DNA from: Pristiophorus japonicus
Taxonomy: Eukaryota
Length of the DNA stretch: 64,000 nucleotides
Assembly: GCF_044704955.1 (NCBI RefSeq)
Contig: NC_091984.1
Span: 147,622,001-147,686,000 of the forward strand
Direction: 5' to 3'
Below the pieces are notes generated by a model, which made no database searches, had not been told where the DNA came from, and saw only the letters and a program-made list of their open reading frames with translations. Shown here piece after piece: positions 49,046 through 63,361 of the stretch; the first letter of the stretch is position 1, and every line of letters starts with the position of its first letter. The translations under genes were made by a program, and so were the position numbers.

Positions 49046-50085
49046 TTAGCTGCTGATGCAAGAGGTTTGCAGCTGTGTAACTTCCACGTGGCTTTTCCAG
49101 TGTTGTGGGGGGCGGCGTGGGGGCATGGGTTCATCGCCAGGCTGATTGTCCTCCCCGAGGTCGTCGTCCTCCTCCTCCTCCTCGTCCTCCTCCTCCTCGT
49201 CCTTCTCTTCAGCCTCTCCTCTCTCCTGAGGTGGACCGGCGGTCACATCTGGCAATTGTTGTCCTCCTCTTATAGCTAGGTTATGCAACATGCAGCACAT
49301 CACAATAAACTCAGTGACCTGCTCAGGGTGGTATTGTAGGTTGCCACCTGAATGGTCCAGGCATCTGAAGCGCTGCTTAAGCACCCCAATTGTCTTTTCG
49401 ATGATATTGCGTGATTACCTGTCGCAATATGGCTTTCATTGAAGCGCTTCTCGGCTTCTCTCTGGGGATTACGCAAGGGGCTCATGAGCCAGCTGGCAAG
49501 GCCATATCCTTTATCCCCCAGCATCCAACCGTGACCTTGTGGCTGACTCTTCAACAGGTCAGAGACAGTGTTCTCACACAAGAAATGCACATCATATATG
49601 CTCCCTGGAAAATTAGCATTTACTGCCAGAATTATTTGTTTGTGGTGGACAACGAGCTGCACATTCAGGGAGTGGAATCCCATTCGGTTTTAAACAGCTC
49701 TTCATTCTGTAAAGTTGCTCTCAGGGCGATGTGCATACAGTCTATTGCTCCCTGCACCTTGGGGAAGTTTTCTATTCTTGAGAACCCCAAAGCCCCCTCA
49801 GTCTGTGCCTCCCTGGTCATAGGGAAGCTTATAAAGTCACCTGTCGAATGCAACAATGTGTGGCGTGCTGAGAGATACCGCAAATGTTGCCAGCAGAGGC
49901 CTGAAATGAGCCCAATGCGAAGAAGGAAAGTGGCGCAGTAACCTTAACCTCAACAGGCAGTGCGATCCTGATGGTGCTGGTAGGCTGCAGATCTCCCTTA
50001 ATGAGCTGGCATATCTCACTGATGACCTCCTTTCGGAAGCGCAGCCTCCTAATGCAGTGTTATCGGACAGGGCCAGGTACGATAG
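49046..50085 (-). pseudogene. Harbinger (HARBI1-like) DDE transposase, decayed
   Basis: CIRRLRFRKEVI, FPKVQGAIDCMHIA, GFHSLNVQLV, LGDKGY, LKQRFRCLD, CCMLHNLA. Confidence 0.9.
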
Positions 50086-50121
50086 CTTATCAGTGGATAT
50101 GCATTGGGTATAACGTCTCCT

Positions 50122-51514
50122 CCGGTTAGTCTGACATCAGCAGTGGAGAAAATGTTGGAGTCAATTACTAAGGATGAAATAGCAACGCATTTGAAGAGCA
50201 GTGACAGGATTGGTCCAAGTCAACATGGATTTGTGAAAGGGAAATCATGCTTGACAAATCTTCTGGAATTTTTTGAGGATGTAATTGTTGAGAGGACAAG
50301 GGAGAACCAGTGGATGTGATGTATTTGGACTTTCAAAAGGCATTTGACTAGGTCCCACATAAGAGATTGGTGTGCAAAATCAAAGCGCATGGTATTGGGG
50401 GTAATCTACTGGCATGGATAGAGAATTGGTTGGCAGATAGGAAGCAGAGAGTCGGGATAAACGGTTCCTTTTCGGAATGGGAGGCAGTGACTAATGGAGT
50501 GCCACAGGGCTCAGTGCTGGGACCCCAGCTCTTTACATTATACATTAATGATTTGGATGAAGGAATTGAGTGTAATATCTCCAAGTTTGCAGATGACACT
50601 ACACTGGGTGGTGGTGTGAGCTGTGAGGAGGATGCTAAGAGGCTGCAGGGTGATTTGGACAGGTTGGGTGAGTGGGCAAATGCATGCCAGATGCAGTATA
50701 ATGTGGATAAATGTGAGGTGGCAAAAACACGAGGGCAGAGTAGTACCGGAATGGTGGCAAATTAGGAAAAGTGGAGTTGCAACGAGACCTGGGTGTCATG
50801 GTTCATCAGCCATTGAAAGTTGGCATGCAGGTGCAGCAGGCAGTGAAGAAGGCAAATGGTATGTTGGCCTTCATAGCTAGGGGATTTTAGTATAGGAGCA
50901 GGGAGGTCTTACTACATTTGTACAGGGCCTTGGTGAGGCCTCACCTGGAATATTGTGTTCAGTTTTGGTCTCCTAATCTGAGGAAGGACGTTCTTGCTAT
51001 TGAGGGAGTGCAGCGAAGGTTCACCAGACTGATTCCAGGGATGGCTGGACTGACATATGAGGCGAGACTGGATCAACTTAGCCTTTATACACTGGAGTTT
51101 AGAAGGATGAGAGGGGATCTCCTAGAAACGTATAAGATTCTGACAGGACGAGACAGGTTAGATGCGGGAAGAATGTTCCCGATGTTGGGAAAGTCCAGAA
51201 CCAGGGAACACAATCTTAGAATAAGAGGTAGGCCATTTAGGACTGAGATGAGGAGGAACTTCTTCACTCATAGAGTTGTTGACCTGTGGAATTCCCTACC
51301 GCAGAGAGTCGTTGATGCCAGTTCATTGGATATATTCAAGAGGGAGTTAGATATAGCCCTTACAGCTAAAGGGATCAAGGGGTATAGAGAGAAAGCGGGA
51401 AAGGGATACTGAGGGAATGATCAGCCATGATCTTATTGAATGGTGGTGCAGGCTCGAAGGGCCGAATGGCCTACTCCTGCACCTATTTTCTATGTTTCTA
51501 TGTTTCTATGTTTC
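50122..51514 (+). mobile_element. 5'-truncated CR1 inserted in the Harbinger element
   Basis: RT ORFs 50104-51412; (TTTCTATG)n tail. Confidence 0.9.
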
Positions 51515-52215
51515 CTCCTCAGCAGTCAGCCATCTCTTTGATTGGGCACATAATGCTCTTCAATATACCTTCTCCCATCTGTAGTCTGCAACATGTGATT
51601 AGAGACCAATACTGGTTGATAAATTACAGGCCCTCACACTATAAATCGCTATAAATGCCCTTAATATGTCCTCAACAGATACAAATGTGATCAGATGATT
51701 GGCAAGGGTCAAAAAGACCCTTAAAACCATTCACAAATTGATTCTCCTCACAAGTACCTGAAGCAGCCTTTCAGTACAGATCCTCCGAGTCACAAAATGA
51801 TGTCCGTAGTGCCGAGTACTGCCGACTAGTGCCGACTTTAGGTCAGGTGATGCAGCTTTTCTTCAGCGACCTTTTTGGCCAGCAATCATTTCGGCGACGT
51901 ATGGGCGAAATGCCGAAAGTTGCGGTCGCCGGTAATCTGGGCGATAATCTGCTGCAAGTTTCCATTTTCAGCCCAATTTTCGGCCTTGCACGCGGATTAT
52001 GTCATTTTTTTTTAAAATTAGGCCGGGCGATGCAGCACATTTATGTCGCCAAAAGTTGGACCAGCAACAAATGGGCGATAATTGGGTGCTAGTTTCAACT
52101 TTTCAGCAAATATGGGCGGTCGCCTGAATCTTTGCGCTTATATATGCGATAAATGGGCGATCAATGTGCGATCAATGGGTGATCAATGGGCCATGATGTG
52201 CTGAACATCTAGCCC
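51515..52215 (-). mobile_element. Probable 5' terminal region of the Harbinger element
   Basis: CpG-rich subterminal ATGGGCGA repeats; end reads GGGCTAGATG on the minus strand; matching TIR not found. Confidence 0.4.
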
Positions 52216-52581
52216 GTAGAGTCTTTAACGTAGTAAAACATCCCAAGGCGCTTCACAGGGGTGTTATAAGACAAAAAATATGTATTTATGGCAAATGACG
52301 AAAAGCTTGCTCAGAGGTAGGTTTTAAGGCATGTTTTAAAGGAGGAGGAGAGAGATAGAGAGGCGGAGAGGTTTAAGGAGGGAGTTCTAGAGCTTGGGGC
52401 CTAAACAGCTGGAGGCACATAGATCAAGAACCCCACAGATTCCTCTATACTGCACCATTCTGTAATCTCTCTCCATTTAAAGAATTTGCTTTTAATTATT
52501 CCTGCCAAAGTGGATAACCTCACATTTTCCCACAATATACTTAATCTGCCAAATTTTTGCCCACTCACTTAGCCTATTTAC

Positions 52582-55500
52582 ATAACAACATAAGAAATAG
52601 GAGCAGGAGAATGCCATACGGCCCCTCGAGCCTGCTTCGCCATTTAATAAGATCATGGCTGATCCGATCATGGACTCAGGTCCAATTCCCTGCCCGCTTC
52701 ACATAACCCCTTTGTTGTGTATGAATAAGGAGTCTGACTGGATACTGTGAGCTCAAAGTAAAGTGCACCCTTAGTCTTTTATTGCAGGTCTCCAGTGTGT
52801 CTCTCCAGCCTGTGAGGCCTCCTTAAGTACCTGTGCTCCCAAGAGATTGTGTGAAGAGCTTTCTGGTGGCTACACAAGGTATATACAGGTTTACATATAT
52901 AACACCCTTATTCCCTTATCGGTTACATAACTGTCTATCTCTTTCTTAAATTTATTCAATGACCAGCATCCACAGTTCTCTGAGGCAGTAAATTCCGCAG
53001 ATTTACAACCCTCAGAGAAGAAATTCCTCCTCATCTCAGTTTTAAATGGACGGCCCCTTATTCTGAAATTATGCCCCCTAATTCTAGTCTCCCTTATCAG
53101 TGAAAACATCCTCTCTGTATCCACCTTGTCAAGCCCCCTCATAATCTTATACATGTTGATAAGATCACCTCCCATTCTTCTGAATTCCAATGAGTAGAGG
53201 TACAACCTACACAACCTTTCCTCATAAGTCAACCCCTTCATCTCCGGAATCAACCTAGTGAACCTTCTCTGATCTGCTTCCAAAGCAAGTATATCCTTTC
53301 TTAAATATGGAAACAAAAACTATATGCAGTATTCCAGGTGTGGCCTCACCAATACCCTGTATAACTGTAGCAAGACTGCCCTGCTTTTATACTCTATCCC
53401 CTTTGCAATAAAGGCCAAGATTCCATTGGCCTTCCTGATCACTTGCTGTTCCTGCATACTAACCTTTTGTGTTGCATGCACCAGGAACCTCAGGTCCTGC
53501 TGTACTGCAGCACTTTGCAATTGTTCTCCATTTAAATAGTAACATGCTCTTCGATTTTTTTTCTGCCAAAGTGCATGACCTCACACTGTCTGACATTATA
53601 CTCCATCTGCGAAATGTTTGCCCACTCACATAGCCTGTCTATGTCCTTTTGCAGATTTTTTGTGTCCTCCTCACACATTGCTTTTCCTCCTCTCTTTGTA
53701 TCATCAGCAAAGTTGGCTACATTACACTCAGTCCCTTCTTCCAAGTTGCTAATATAGATTGTAAATAGTTGGGGTCGCAGAACTGATCCCTGCGGCACCC
53801 CACTAATTACTGATTGCCAACCTGTGAATGAACCATTTATCCCAACTCTCTGTTTTCTGTTAGTTAGCCAATCCTATATCCATGCTAATATATTAACTCC
53901 AACCCCGTGAAATTTTATCTTGTGCATTAACCTTTTATGTGGCACCTTGTCAAATGCCTTCTGGAAGTCCAAATACACAACATCCACTGGTTCCCCTTTA
54001 TCCACCCTGTTTGTTACATCCTCAAAGAATTCCAGCAAATTTGTCAAACATGGCTTTCCCTTCATAAATCCATGCTGACTCTGCCTGACTGAATTATGCT
54101 TTTCCAAATGTCCTGCTACTGCTTCTTTAATAATGGACTCCAACATTTTCCCAACCACAGATGTCAGGCTAACTGGTCTATAGTTTCCAGCTTTTTGTCT
54201 GCCTCCTTTTTTAAATAGGGGCGGTACATTTGCAGTTTTCCAATCTGCTGGGACCTCCCCAGAATCCAGGGAATTTAGTTAAATTGTGACCAATGCAGCC
54301 ACTAACCTTGTTGCTACTGCTCTTAAGACCCTAGGATGCAAGCCATCAGGTCCAGGAGATTTATCCGCATTTAGTCCCATTATCTTACTGAGTACCACCT
54401 CCTTCGTGATTGTGATTGTGTTAAGCTCGTTCCAACCATCCAATATCCACTGTTGGGATATTATTTGTGTCCACTACCGTAAAGACTGACACAAAATATT
54501 TGTTCAGAGTTTCTGCCATCTCCATGTTCCCCTTCATTAATTCCCCGGTCTCTTCTTCTCAGGGACCAACATTTATTTTAGCCACTCTTTTCCTTTTTAT
54601 ATACATTTAGAAACTCTTGCTATCTGTTTTTATATTTCGTGCTAGTTTACTTTCATAGACTATGTTCACTTTCTTAATCATTTTTTTAGTCATTCTTTGT
54701 TGGCTTTTAAAAGCTTCCCAATCTTCTGTCCTCCCACTAGTTTTGGTCACCTTGTATGCCCTTGTTTTTAATTGCATACCATCCTTTATTTCTTCAGTTA
54801 GCTATGGTTGGCTTCACCCGTTCCTCCTCACTGGAAAATATTTTTCTTGAGAGTTATTAAATATCTCCTTAAATGTATGTCACTGTTCATCAACCGTCCT
54901 AAACTTTAATCTATTTTCCCAGTCCACTTTAGCCAACTCTGCCCTCATACCTTTGTAGTCTCCTTTATTTAAGCTTTGTACGCTGGCTTGAGATTCAACT
55001 TTCTCGCCCTCCATCCGAATTTGAAATTCAACCATGCTATGATCACTCAGTCCAAGGGGATCCTTTACTGGGAGATTGTTTATTAATCCTGTCTAATTAT
55101 ACAGGACCAGATCTAAGATAGCCTACCCCCTGGTTGGTTCCTTTACATACTGCTCAAGGAACCTGTTCCTTATGCACTCTACGAACTCCTCCTCAAGTCT
55201 ATCCTAACCATTTTGATTTGTTCAATCAATGTGGAGGTTAAAATCACCCATAATTATTGCTGTTCCCTTTTTACAAACCCTCACTATTTCTTGGTTTGTA
55301 CTCCGACCATCAGAGTTGCTACTGTTAGGGGGCCTATAGACTACGCCCAGCAGTGACTTTTCCCCCTTATTATTCCTTATCTCCACACAAACTGTTTCAA
55401 CATCCTGATCATTTGAGCCAATATCATTTCTCACTATTGCAGTGATTCCATCCTTTACCAACAGAGGTACCCCACCTGCTTTTACTTTCTGCCTGTCCTT

Positions 55501-55834
55501 CCGAATTGTCAAGTACCCCTGAATATTTAGTTCCAAGTTTTGGTCACCTTGCAACCACATCGCTGTTGTGGCTATCAGATCATACCCATTTGTAACTATT
55601 TGTGCCGACAGCTCATCTGTTTTGTTACGAATGTTGTGTGTTTCAGATAAAGAGCTTTTAAACGTGTTTTCATACCATTTTCTCCTGCTATGGTCCCAGT
55701 TTCTGATACACTCTTTTGTTTATACATTCTATCCCTTCCTGTCATGCACTGGTTTTTGTTTCTCCCAATGCTACCCTGCTCTATAGCCTTATTCTTTGAG
55801 CTTTTAGGTTTCTGCTCACCTGAAACCTCCCCCC
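52582..55834 (-). mobile_element. CR1 LINE covering the whole ORF2 region, decayed
   Basis: Tail at 52582; ORFs 52891-55560. Confidence 0.85.
52713..52904 (-). repeat. Solo LTR related to the Gypsy element 1 LTR
   Basis: TG...CA ends; perfect 5-bp TSD CCCTT (52708-52712, 52905-52909); similar to the reverse complement of 16187-16396. Confidence 0.9.
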
Positions 55835-56618
55835 TATCTATAGCCCTGTGCAGATTCTTTGCGTCCTCCTCACAAATTGCTTTCCCAACTATCTTTGTAT
55901 CATCAGTAAATTTCGCTACATAACACTCAGTTCCTTCATCCAAGTCATTAATATAGATTGTAAATAGTTGAGGCCCCAGCATCAATCCCTGTGGCAGCCC
56001 ACTAGTTACCGTTTTACAACCTGAAACTGGCCCATTTATCCCGATTCTCAGTTATCTGTTAGTTAGCCAATCCTCTATCGATGCTAATATATTACCCCCA
56101 ACCCCGTGTGTTCTTATCTTGTGCAGTAATCTTTTATGTGGCACGTTATCGAATGCCTTCTGGAAATCCAAATACATGACATCTACTGGTTCCCGTTTAT
56201 CCACCCTGCTCGTTACATCCTCAAAGAACTCCAGCAAATGTGTTAAACATGATTTACCTTTCATAAAACCATGCTGACTCTGATTGACTGTGTTATGATT
56301 TTCTCCATGTCCTGCTACTACTTCCTTAATAAAGGACTCCAGCATTTTCCCCAATGACAAATGTTATGCTAACTGGTCTATAGTTTCCTTCTTTTTGTCT
56401 CCCTCGTTTCTTAAATAGGGGCGTTACATTTGCCATTTTCTCATCCGCTGGGACCTCTCCAGAATCCAGGGAATTTTAGTAGATTACAACCAATGCATCC
56501 ACTATCTCTGCAGTTACTTCTTTAAAGACCCTAGGATGCAGGCCATCAGGTCAAGGGGACTTGTCCATCTTTAGTCCCATTAGTTTGCCGAGTACTTTTT
56601 CTCCAGTGATTGTTTTAA

Positions 56619-57235
56619 GAACATATGAACATAAGAAATAGGAGCAGGATTAGTCCATTTGGCCCCTCGAGCCTGCTCCACCATTTAATAACTTCATGGC
56701 TGATCTGATCATGGACGCTCCCCATAACCTTTTATTCCCTTATCGCTCAAAAATCTGTCTATCTCCGCCTTAAATATATTCAATGACCCAGCCTCCACAG
56801 CTCTCTGCGGCAGAGAATTCCACAGATTTGCAACCCTCTGAGAGAAGAAATTTCTCCACATCTCAGTTTTAAATGGGCAGCTCCTTATTCTAAGACTATG
56901 TCCCCTAGTTTTAGTTTCCCCGATGAGTGAAAATATCTTCTCTGCATCCACCTTGTCGAGTCCCCTCATTTTTTTATATGTTTCAATAAGAATCCTCTCA
57001 TTCTTCTGAACTCCAATGATTATAGGCCAAACCTACTCAACCTATCTTCATGTCAACCCCCCTCATCTCCGGAATCAACCTAGTGAACCTTCTCTGAAAT
57101 GCCTGCAATGCAAGTATGTCCTTCCTTAAATACGGAGACCAAAACTGCATGCAGTATTCTAGGTATGGTCTCACAGTTGTAGCAGAACTTTACTGCTTTT
57201 ATACTCTATTCCCCTTGCAATGATTTGCCTTCCTG
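56619..57235 (-). mobile_element. 5'-truncated CR1
   Basis: (CATAAGAA) tail; ORF 56709-56969. Confidence 0.8.
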
Positions 57236-57899
57236 ATTAAGTTCGCCCCTCTCAAAAGTCCCTTGATTATCAATTATTAGGATGTTTCTAGTGTTTTCTA
57301 CCATGAAGACCAAGACAAAATATTTGTTGAAAGTTTCTGCAATTTCCCTGTTCCCCATTATTAATTCCTCAGTCTCATCCTCGAAAGGACCAACGTTTAC
57401 TTTAACTACTCTCTTCCTTTTTATATACCCGTGTAAGTTCTTATTGTCTGTTTTTATATTTCTTGCTAGTTTACTCTCATAAACTGTCTTCTCTATTATT
57501 TTTTTTTGTTGTCCTTTGCTGGTTTGAAAGATTTCCCAATCCTCTGGCTTTCCATTATTCTTCGCAACATTGCATGCTTTTGTTTTTAATTTGATACCAT
57601 CCTTTCCTTCCTGAGTTAGCCATGGATGGTTCATCCTTCTCTTCGAGTCTTTCTTTCTCACTGGAATATATCTTTTCTGAGAGTTTTGAAATATCTCTTT
57701 AAATATTTGCCAGTGCTTCTTTACTGTCTTACACTTTAATATATTTTCCCAGTCCACTTTAGCCAACTCTGCCTTCATACCTTTGTAATTCCCTTTATAT
57801 AAGTTCAGGACCCTAGTTTGAGACCAAGGTTTATCACCCGCAAACTGAATTTGAAATTCTACCATGCTATGATCACTCTTCCCAAGAGGATCCTTTACT

Positions 57900-58868
57900 T
57901 TTCCTTCTCCTCCTTCTTAAGCAGTCCTTCGGAGTCGAGGATGACTTGTTTCCACACTAATATGTGTTCTCAGGTGACTGATGAGTCCAGTGTGGGACCA
58001 ACAGTCTTTGTCACAAGTGGGGCAGATGGTGGTTAAAGGGATTGGTGGGTCGGGTACTTGGGTTGTCATGCACTCCTTCTGCTATTAGCGCTTGGCTTCC
58101 GTTTGCTCCCAGCGAAGAAACTCGAGGTGTTCGGTGCCTTCCCGAATGTCTCCTCCACTTTGAGCAGTCTTGGGACCGAGATTTCCAAATGTCAGTGGGG
58201 ATGTTACACTATTTCAAGGAGGCTTTGAGGGTGTCCTTGAAGCATATTGTCTGCTCACCTGGGGTTTGCTTGCCATGTTGGAGATCTGAGTAGAGTGCTT
58301 GTTTTGGGCGTCTAGTATCAGGCATGCGGACGATGTGGCCCAACCATCGGAGCTGATTGAGCGTGGACAGTGCTTCAATGCTGGGGATGTTGACCTGAGT
58401 GAAAACACTAACGTCGATGCACCTATCCTGCCAATGGATTTGCAGGATCTTGCGGAGGCAGCGTTGGTGGTACTTCTCCAGTGGTTTGAGGTGCCAGCTG
58501 TATATAGTCCATGTATCTGAAGCATATAGGAGAGCGGGATCACTACTGCCCTGTAGACCATGAGCTTGGTGCCGGCTATGAGGTCCTGGTCTTCAAACAT
58601 TCCCTTCCTCAGGAGACCGAAGGCTGCACTGGCACATTGAAGGCGGTGTTAGACTTCATCATCGTCGTTTTCCTTTGTTGACAGTAGGTTCCCGAGGTAT
58701 GGAACATGGTCCACGTTGTCCAAAGCATCGTCATGGATTTTGATAATCGGGGAGCAGTACTGTATGGCGGGGGCAGGTTGGTAGAGGACCTTAATCTTAC
58801 GGATGTTTAATGTAAGACCCATACTCTCGTACGCTTCGGTGAAGGTGTTGACGATGGCTTGAAGTTCA
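57900..58868 (-). mobile_element. RTE-clade LINE 3' end
   Basis: ELQAIVNTFTEAYESMGLTLNIRK, TKLMVYRAVV; GAAG-type tail at ~57900-57918. Confidence 0.85.
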
Positions 58869-59554
58869 ACTATGATATAATTAATTAATCCAGTCTCATT
58901 ACACAGTACAAGATCTAAAATAGCCTGATCCCTGATTGGTTCCACAATGCAGTGTTCTAGGAAACCATCCCGAATACACGCGATGAATTCTTCTTCAAGG
59001 CTACCTTTGCCAATTTGATTTGTCCAATCAATATGAAGATTGAAATCACCAATGATTGTTGCTGTACCTTTCTTACAAGCCTCCATTAGTTCTTGATTTA
59101 TACTTGGTGCTACAGTGTACTACTGTTAGGGAGCCGATAGACTACTCCCACCAGTTACTTTTTCCCTTTAATTTTTTATCCCTACCAAAACTGATTCTAC
59201 ATCTTGATCTTCTGAGCCAATATCATTTCTCACTACTGCACTGATCTCATCCTTTATTAACCCCACCTCCTTTTCCTTTCTGCTTATCCTTCCGAAATGG
59301 CAAATACCCCTGAATATTCAGTTCCCAGCTTTGGTCACCTTGCAACCATGTCTCTGTAATGGCTATCAGATGTATCCCCATGTATTTCTATTTGTGCTGT
59401 CAACTCATCTATTTTGTTATGCATGCTGCATGCATTCAGATAAAGAGCTTTTAATTTTGTCTTTTTACCATTTTCGCTACTCTGACCCAACTTTCTGATG
59501 CACTTATGTTTATATGCTCTGTCCCTTCCGGTCATGCTTTGGTTATCATTCTCC

Positions 59555-60730
59555 CTTCAGGTATTTATCCAATTCCCTTTTGGAGGCTACTATTGAATCC
59601 ATTTCCACCACCCGATCGGGAATGTTCCCGTTAAGTTCTGTGGCCATTCAATGATCTGGAGGTCCCGCCCAGGCTGCTTGCTGGCTTTTAAATGGAAAAA
59701 CTGCGCATGCACGATTATTTAGGCTGAAACCCCGAAAAATGTAAGCTGGAATTTTGCTATCAGGCAGCGCTTTCCAAATCCCAACCACTCGGTGCGTAAA
59801 AAAAGTTTTCCCTCATTTTGCCTCTGGTTCTTTTGCCAGTCAACTTAAATCTGTGCCCTCTGGTTATCAACCCTTCCGCCATTGCAAACAGTTTCTCTTT
59901 ATTTACTCCATCTAAACCCTTCATGGTTTTAACCAATCTTCTCATCGCCTTCTCTGCTCTAAGGAAAACAACCCCAACTTCTTTAGTCTATCCCCGGAAC
60001 TGTAATCCCTCATCCCTGGAACCATTGTAGTAAATCTCTTCTGTACCCTCTCCAATACCATCACTTCCTTCCTAAGGTGTGGTGCCCAGAATTGGACACA
60101 ATACTCCAGCTGGGGCCAACTCGTCTTTGATATAGGTTTAGTGTAACTTCCTGGCTTTTGTACTCTATGCCTCTTATTTTTAAAGCCTAGGATCCCAGAT
60201 GCTTTGCTAACCTGTCCAACCACCTTCAAATATTTGTGCATAAACCCCCCCAGGTCTCCCTTCTTGCACCCCCTTTAAAATTGCCCCATTTAGCTTGTAT
60301 TATCTCTGCACATTCCTCCCGCCAAAATGTCTTCCATCAGACTTTGCTGCATTGATTTCCATCTGCCATGTGTCTGCCCATTTCACCAGCCTGTCTGTGT
60401 CCTCTTGAAGTCGCTTGCTATCTTCCTCACTGTTTACTGCACTTCCATGTTTTGGGCTATTTACAAATTGCCTAGTTGTATCCTATATTCCCCCTCCCCA
60501 AAGCCCAAATCATTAATGTGAATCAAACGCAGCAGTGGTCCTGGTCCTGAACCCTGGGGAACACCACTGTTCACCTGTCTCCAGTCTGGAAAACAGACAT
60601 TCAACACCACACTTATCCCTTGGCCAATATTGTGTCCATGCTGTTCCTGACCCCTTTATCCCATCAGCTTCAATTTTGTTAACTTGCCTAATATGTGGTA
60701 CTTTATCAAATGTTTGAAAGTCCAAAAACA
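59555..60730 (-). mobile_element. Old CR1 3' part with a ~150-bp unrelated insert at ~59615-59758
   Basis: ORFs 59760-59945 and 59942-60241. Confidence 0.7.
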
Positions 60731-60734
60731 CATT

Positions 60735-61848
60735 ATAAGAACATAAGAAATAGGAGCAGGAGTAGGCCATACAGCCCCTCGAGCCTGCTCCGCCATTTAA
60801 TACGATCATGGCTGATCCGATCATGGTCTCAACTCCACTTCTCTGCCCGTTCCCCATAATCCCTTATCCCCTTATCGTTTAAGAAACTGTCTATTTCTGT
60901 CTCAAATTTATTCAATGACCCAGCTTCCACAGCTTTCTGAGGCAGTGAATTCCACAGATTTACAACCTTCTGAGAGAAGAAATTTCTCCTCATCTCAGTT
61001 TAAAATGGGCAGCCCCTTATTCTAATTCGCTCTCTCGTTCTAGTCTCCCCCATTAGTGGAAACATCCTCTCAGCATCCACTTTGTCAAGCCCCCTCATAA
61101 CCTTATACGTTTCGATAAGATCACCTCTCATTCTTTTGAATTTCAATGAGTAGAGGCCCAACCTTTTCAACCTTTCCTCATAAATAAACCTTCTCATCTC
61201 TGGAATCAATCTAGTGAACCCTCTCTGAATTATCTCCAAAGCAAGTATATCTTTTCGTAAATATGGAAACCAAAATTGCACACAGTATTCCAGGCTTCAC
61301 CAATACCCTGTAAAACTTCCCTGCTTTTGTACTCCATTGCCTTTGCAATAAAGGCCAAGATTCCGTTGGCCTTCCTGATCACTTGCTGCACCTGCATACT
61401 ATCATTTTGTGTTTCATGCATAAGTACCCCCAGGTCCCGCTGTATTGCAGCACTTTGCAATCTTTCTCCATTTAAATAATAACTTGCTCTTCGATTTTTT
61501 TCAGCCAAAGTGCATGATCTCACATTTTCCAACATTATACTCCATCTGCCAAATTTTTGCCCACTCACTTAGCCTGTCTATGTCCTTTTGCAGACTTTTT
61601 GTGTCCTCCTCACACGTTGCTTTTCCTCCCAGCTTTGTATTGTCAGCAAACTTGGCTACGTTACACTCAATCCCTTCTTCCAAGTCGTTAATATAGATTG
61701 TAAATAGTTGGGGTCCCAGCACTGATCCCTGCGGCACCCTACTAGTTACTGATTGCCAATCCGAGAATGAACCATTTATCCCAACTCTCTGTTTTCTGTT
61801 AGTTAGCCAATCCTCTAACCATGCTAATACATTACTTCCATCCCCGTG
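60735..61848 (-). mobile_element. CR1 3' part (short continuation at ~63322-63349)
   Basis: Tail at 60735; RT ORFs 61000-61854. Confidence 0.85.
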
Positions 61849-63321
61849 AAACATAGAAACATAGAAAATAGGTGCAGGAGTAGGCCATTCGGCCCTTCAA
61901 GCCTGCACTGCCATTCAATAAGATCATGGCTGATCATTCCCTCAGTACCCCTTTTCTTCTTTCTCTCCATCCCCCTTGATCCCCTTAGCCGTAAGGGTCA
62001 TATCTAACTCCATCTTGAATATGTCCAATGAACTGGCATCAACAACTCTCTGCGGCAGGGAATTCCATAGGTTAACAACTCTCTGAGTGAAGAAGTTTCT
62101 TCTCATCCAAGACCAAAATGGCCTACCCCGTATCCTAAGACTATGTCCCCTGGTTCTAGACTTCCCCAACATCGGGAACATTCTTCCAGCATCTAACCTG
62201 TCCAGTCCCGTCAGAATCTTATACGTTTCTATGAGATCCCCTCTCATCCTTCTAAACTCCAGTGAATAAAGGCCCAGTTGATCCAGTCTCTCCTTATATG
62301 ACAGTCCAGCCATCCTTGGAATCAGTCTGGTGAACCTTCGCTGCACTCCCTCAATAGCAATAACGTCCTTCCTCAGATTAGGAGATCAAAACTGAACACA
62401 ATATTTCAGGTGTGGCCTCACTAAGGACCTGTACAACTGCAGTAAGACCTCCCTGCTCCTATACTCAAATCCCCTAGCTATGAAGGCCAACATACCATTT
62501 GCCTTCTTCACCGCCTGCTGCACCTGCATGCCAACTTTCAATGACTGATGAACCATGACACCCAGGTCTCGTTGCACCTCCCTTTTTCATAATCTGCCAC
62601 CATTCAGATAATACTCTGCCCTCGTGTTTTTGCCACCAAAGTGGATAACCTCACATATATCCACATTATACTGCATCGGGCATGCATTTGCCCACTCACC
62701 CAACCTGTCCAAATCACCCTGCAGCCTCTTAGCATCATCCTCACAGCCCACACCACCATCCAGTTTAGTGTCATCTGCAAACTTGGAGGTATTGCACTCA
62801 ATTTCTTCATCTAAATCGTTAATGTATATTGTAAAGAGCTGGGTCCCAGCACTGAACCCTGCAGCACTCCACTACTCACTGCATGCCATTCTGAAAAGGA
62901 CCCGTTTATCCCGGCTCTCTGCTTCCTGTCCACCAACCAGTACTCTATCCACGTCAGTACATTATTCCCAATAGCATGCCCTTTGATTTTGCACACCAAT
63001 CTCTTGTGCGGAACCTTGTCAATAGCCTTTTGAATGTCCAAATACACCACATCTACTGGTTCTCCCTTGTCCACTCTGCTAGTTACATCCGCAAAAAATT
63101 TCAGAAGGTTTGTCAAGCATGATTTCCCTTTCACAAATCCATGCTGACTTGGTCTGATCCTGTCATTGTTTTCCAACTGCTTTACTATTTCATCCTTAAT
63201 AATTGATTCCAACATTTTCCCCACCACTGATGTCAGGCTAACCGGTCTATAATTAACCGTTTTCTCTCTCCCTCCTTTTGTAAAAAGTGGTGTTACATTA
63301 GCTACCCTCCAGTCCATAGGA
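61849..63321 (-). mobile_element. 5'-truncated CR1 nested in the previous copy
   Basis: (CATAGAAA) tail; ORFs 61942-63338. Confidence 0.88.
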
Positions 63322-63361
63322 ATCTTGTGCAGTAACATTTTATGTGGCAGCTCATGGGCTC

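Larger units (their letters stand above)
52430..59550 (-). mobile_element. Older CR1 in pieces (~52430-52580, 55835-56618, 57235-57899, 58869-59550) hosting later insertions
   Basis: ORF2 sequence is collinear across the inserts. Confidence 0.7.

Noticed and set aside
58649-59086. Novel endonuclease-RT fusion ORF
   Set aside because: Chance in-frame junction between a CR1 endonuclease fragment and an inserted RTE fragment.
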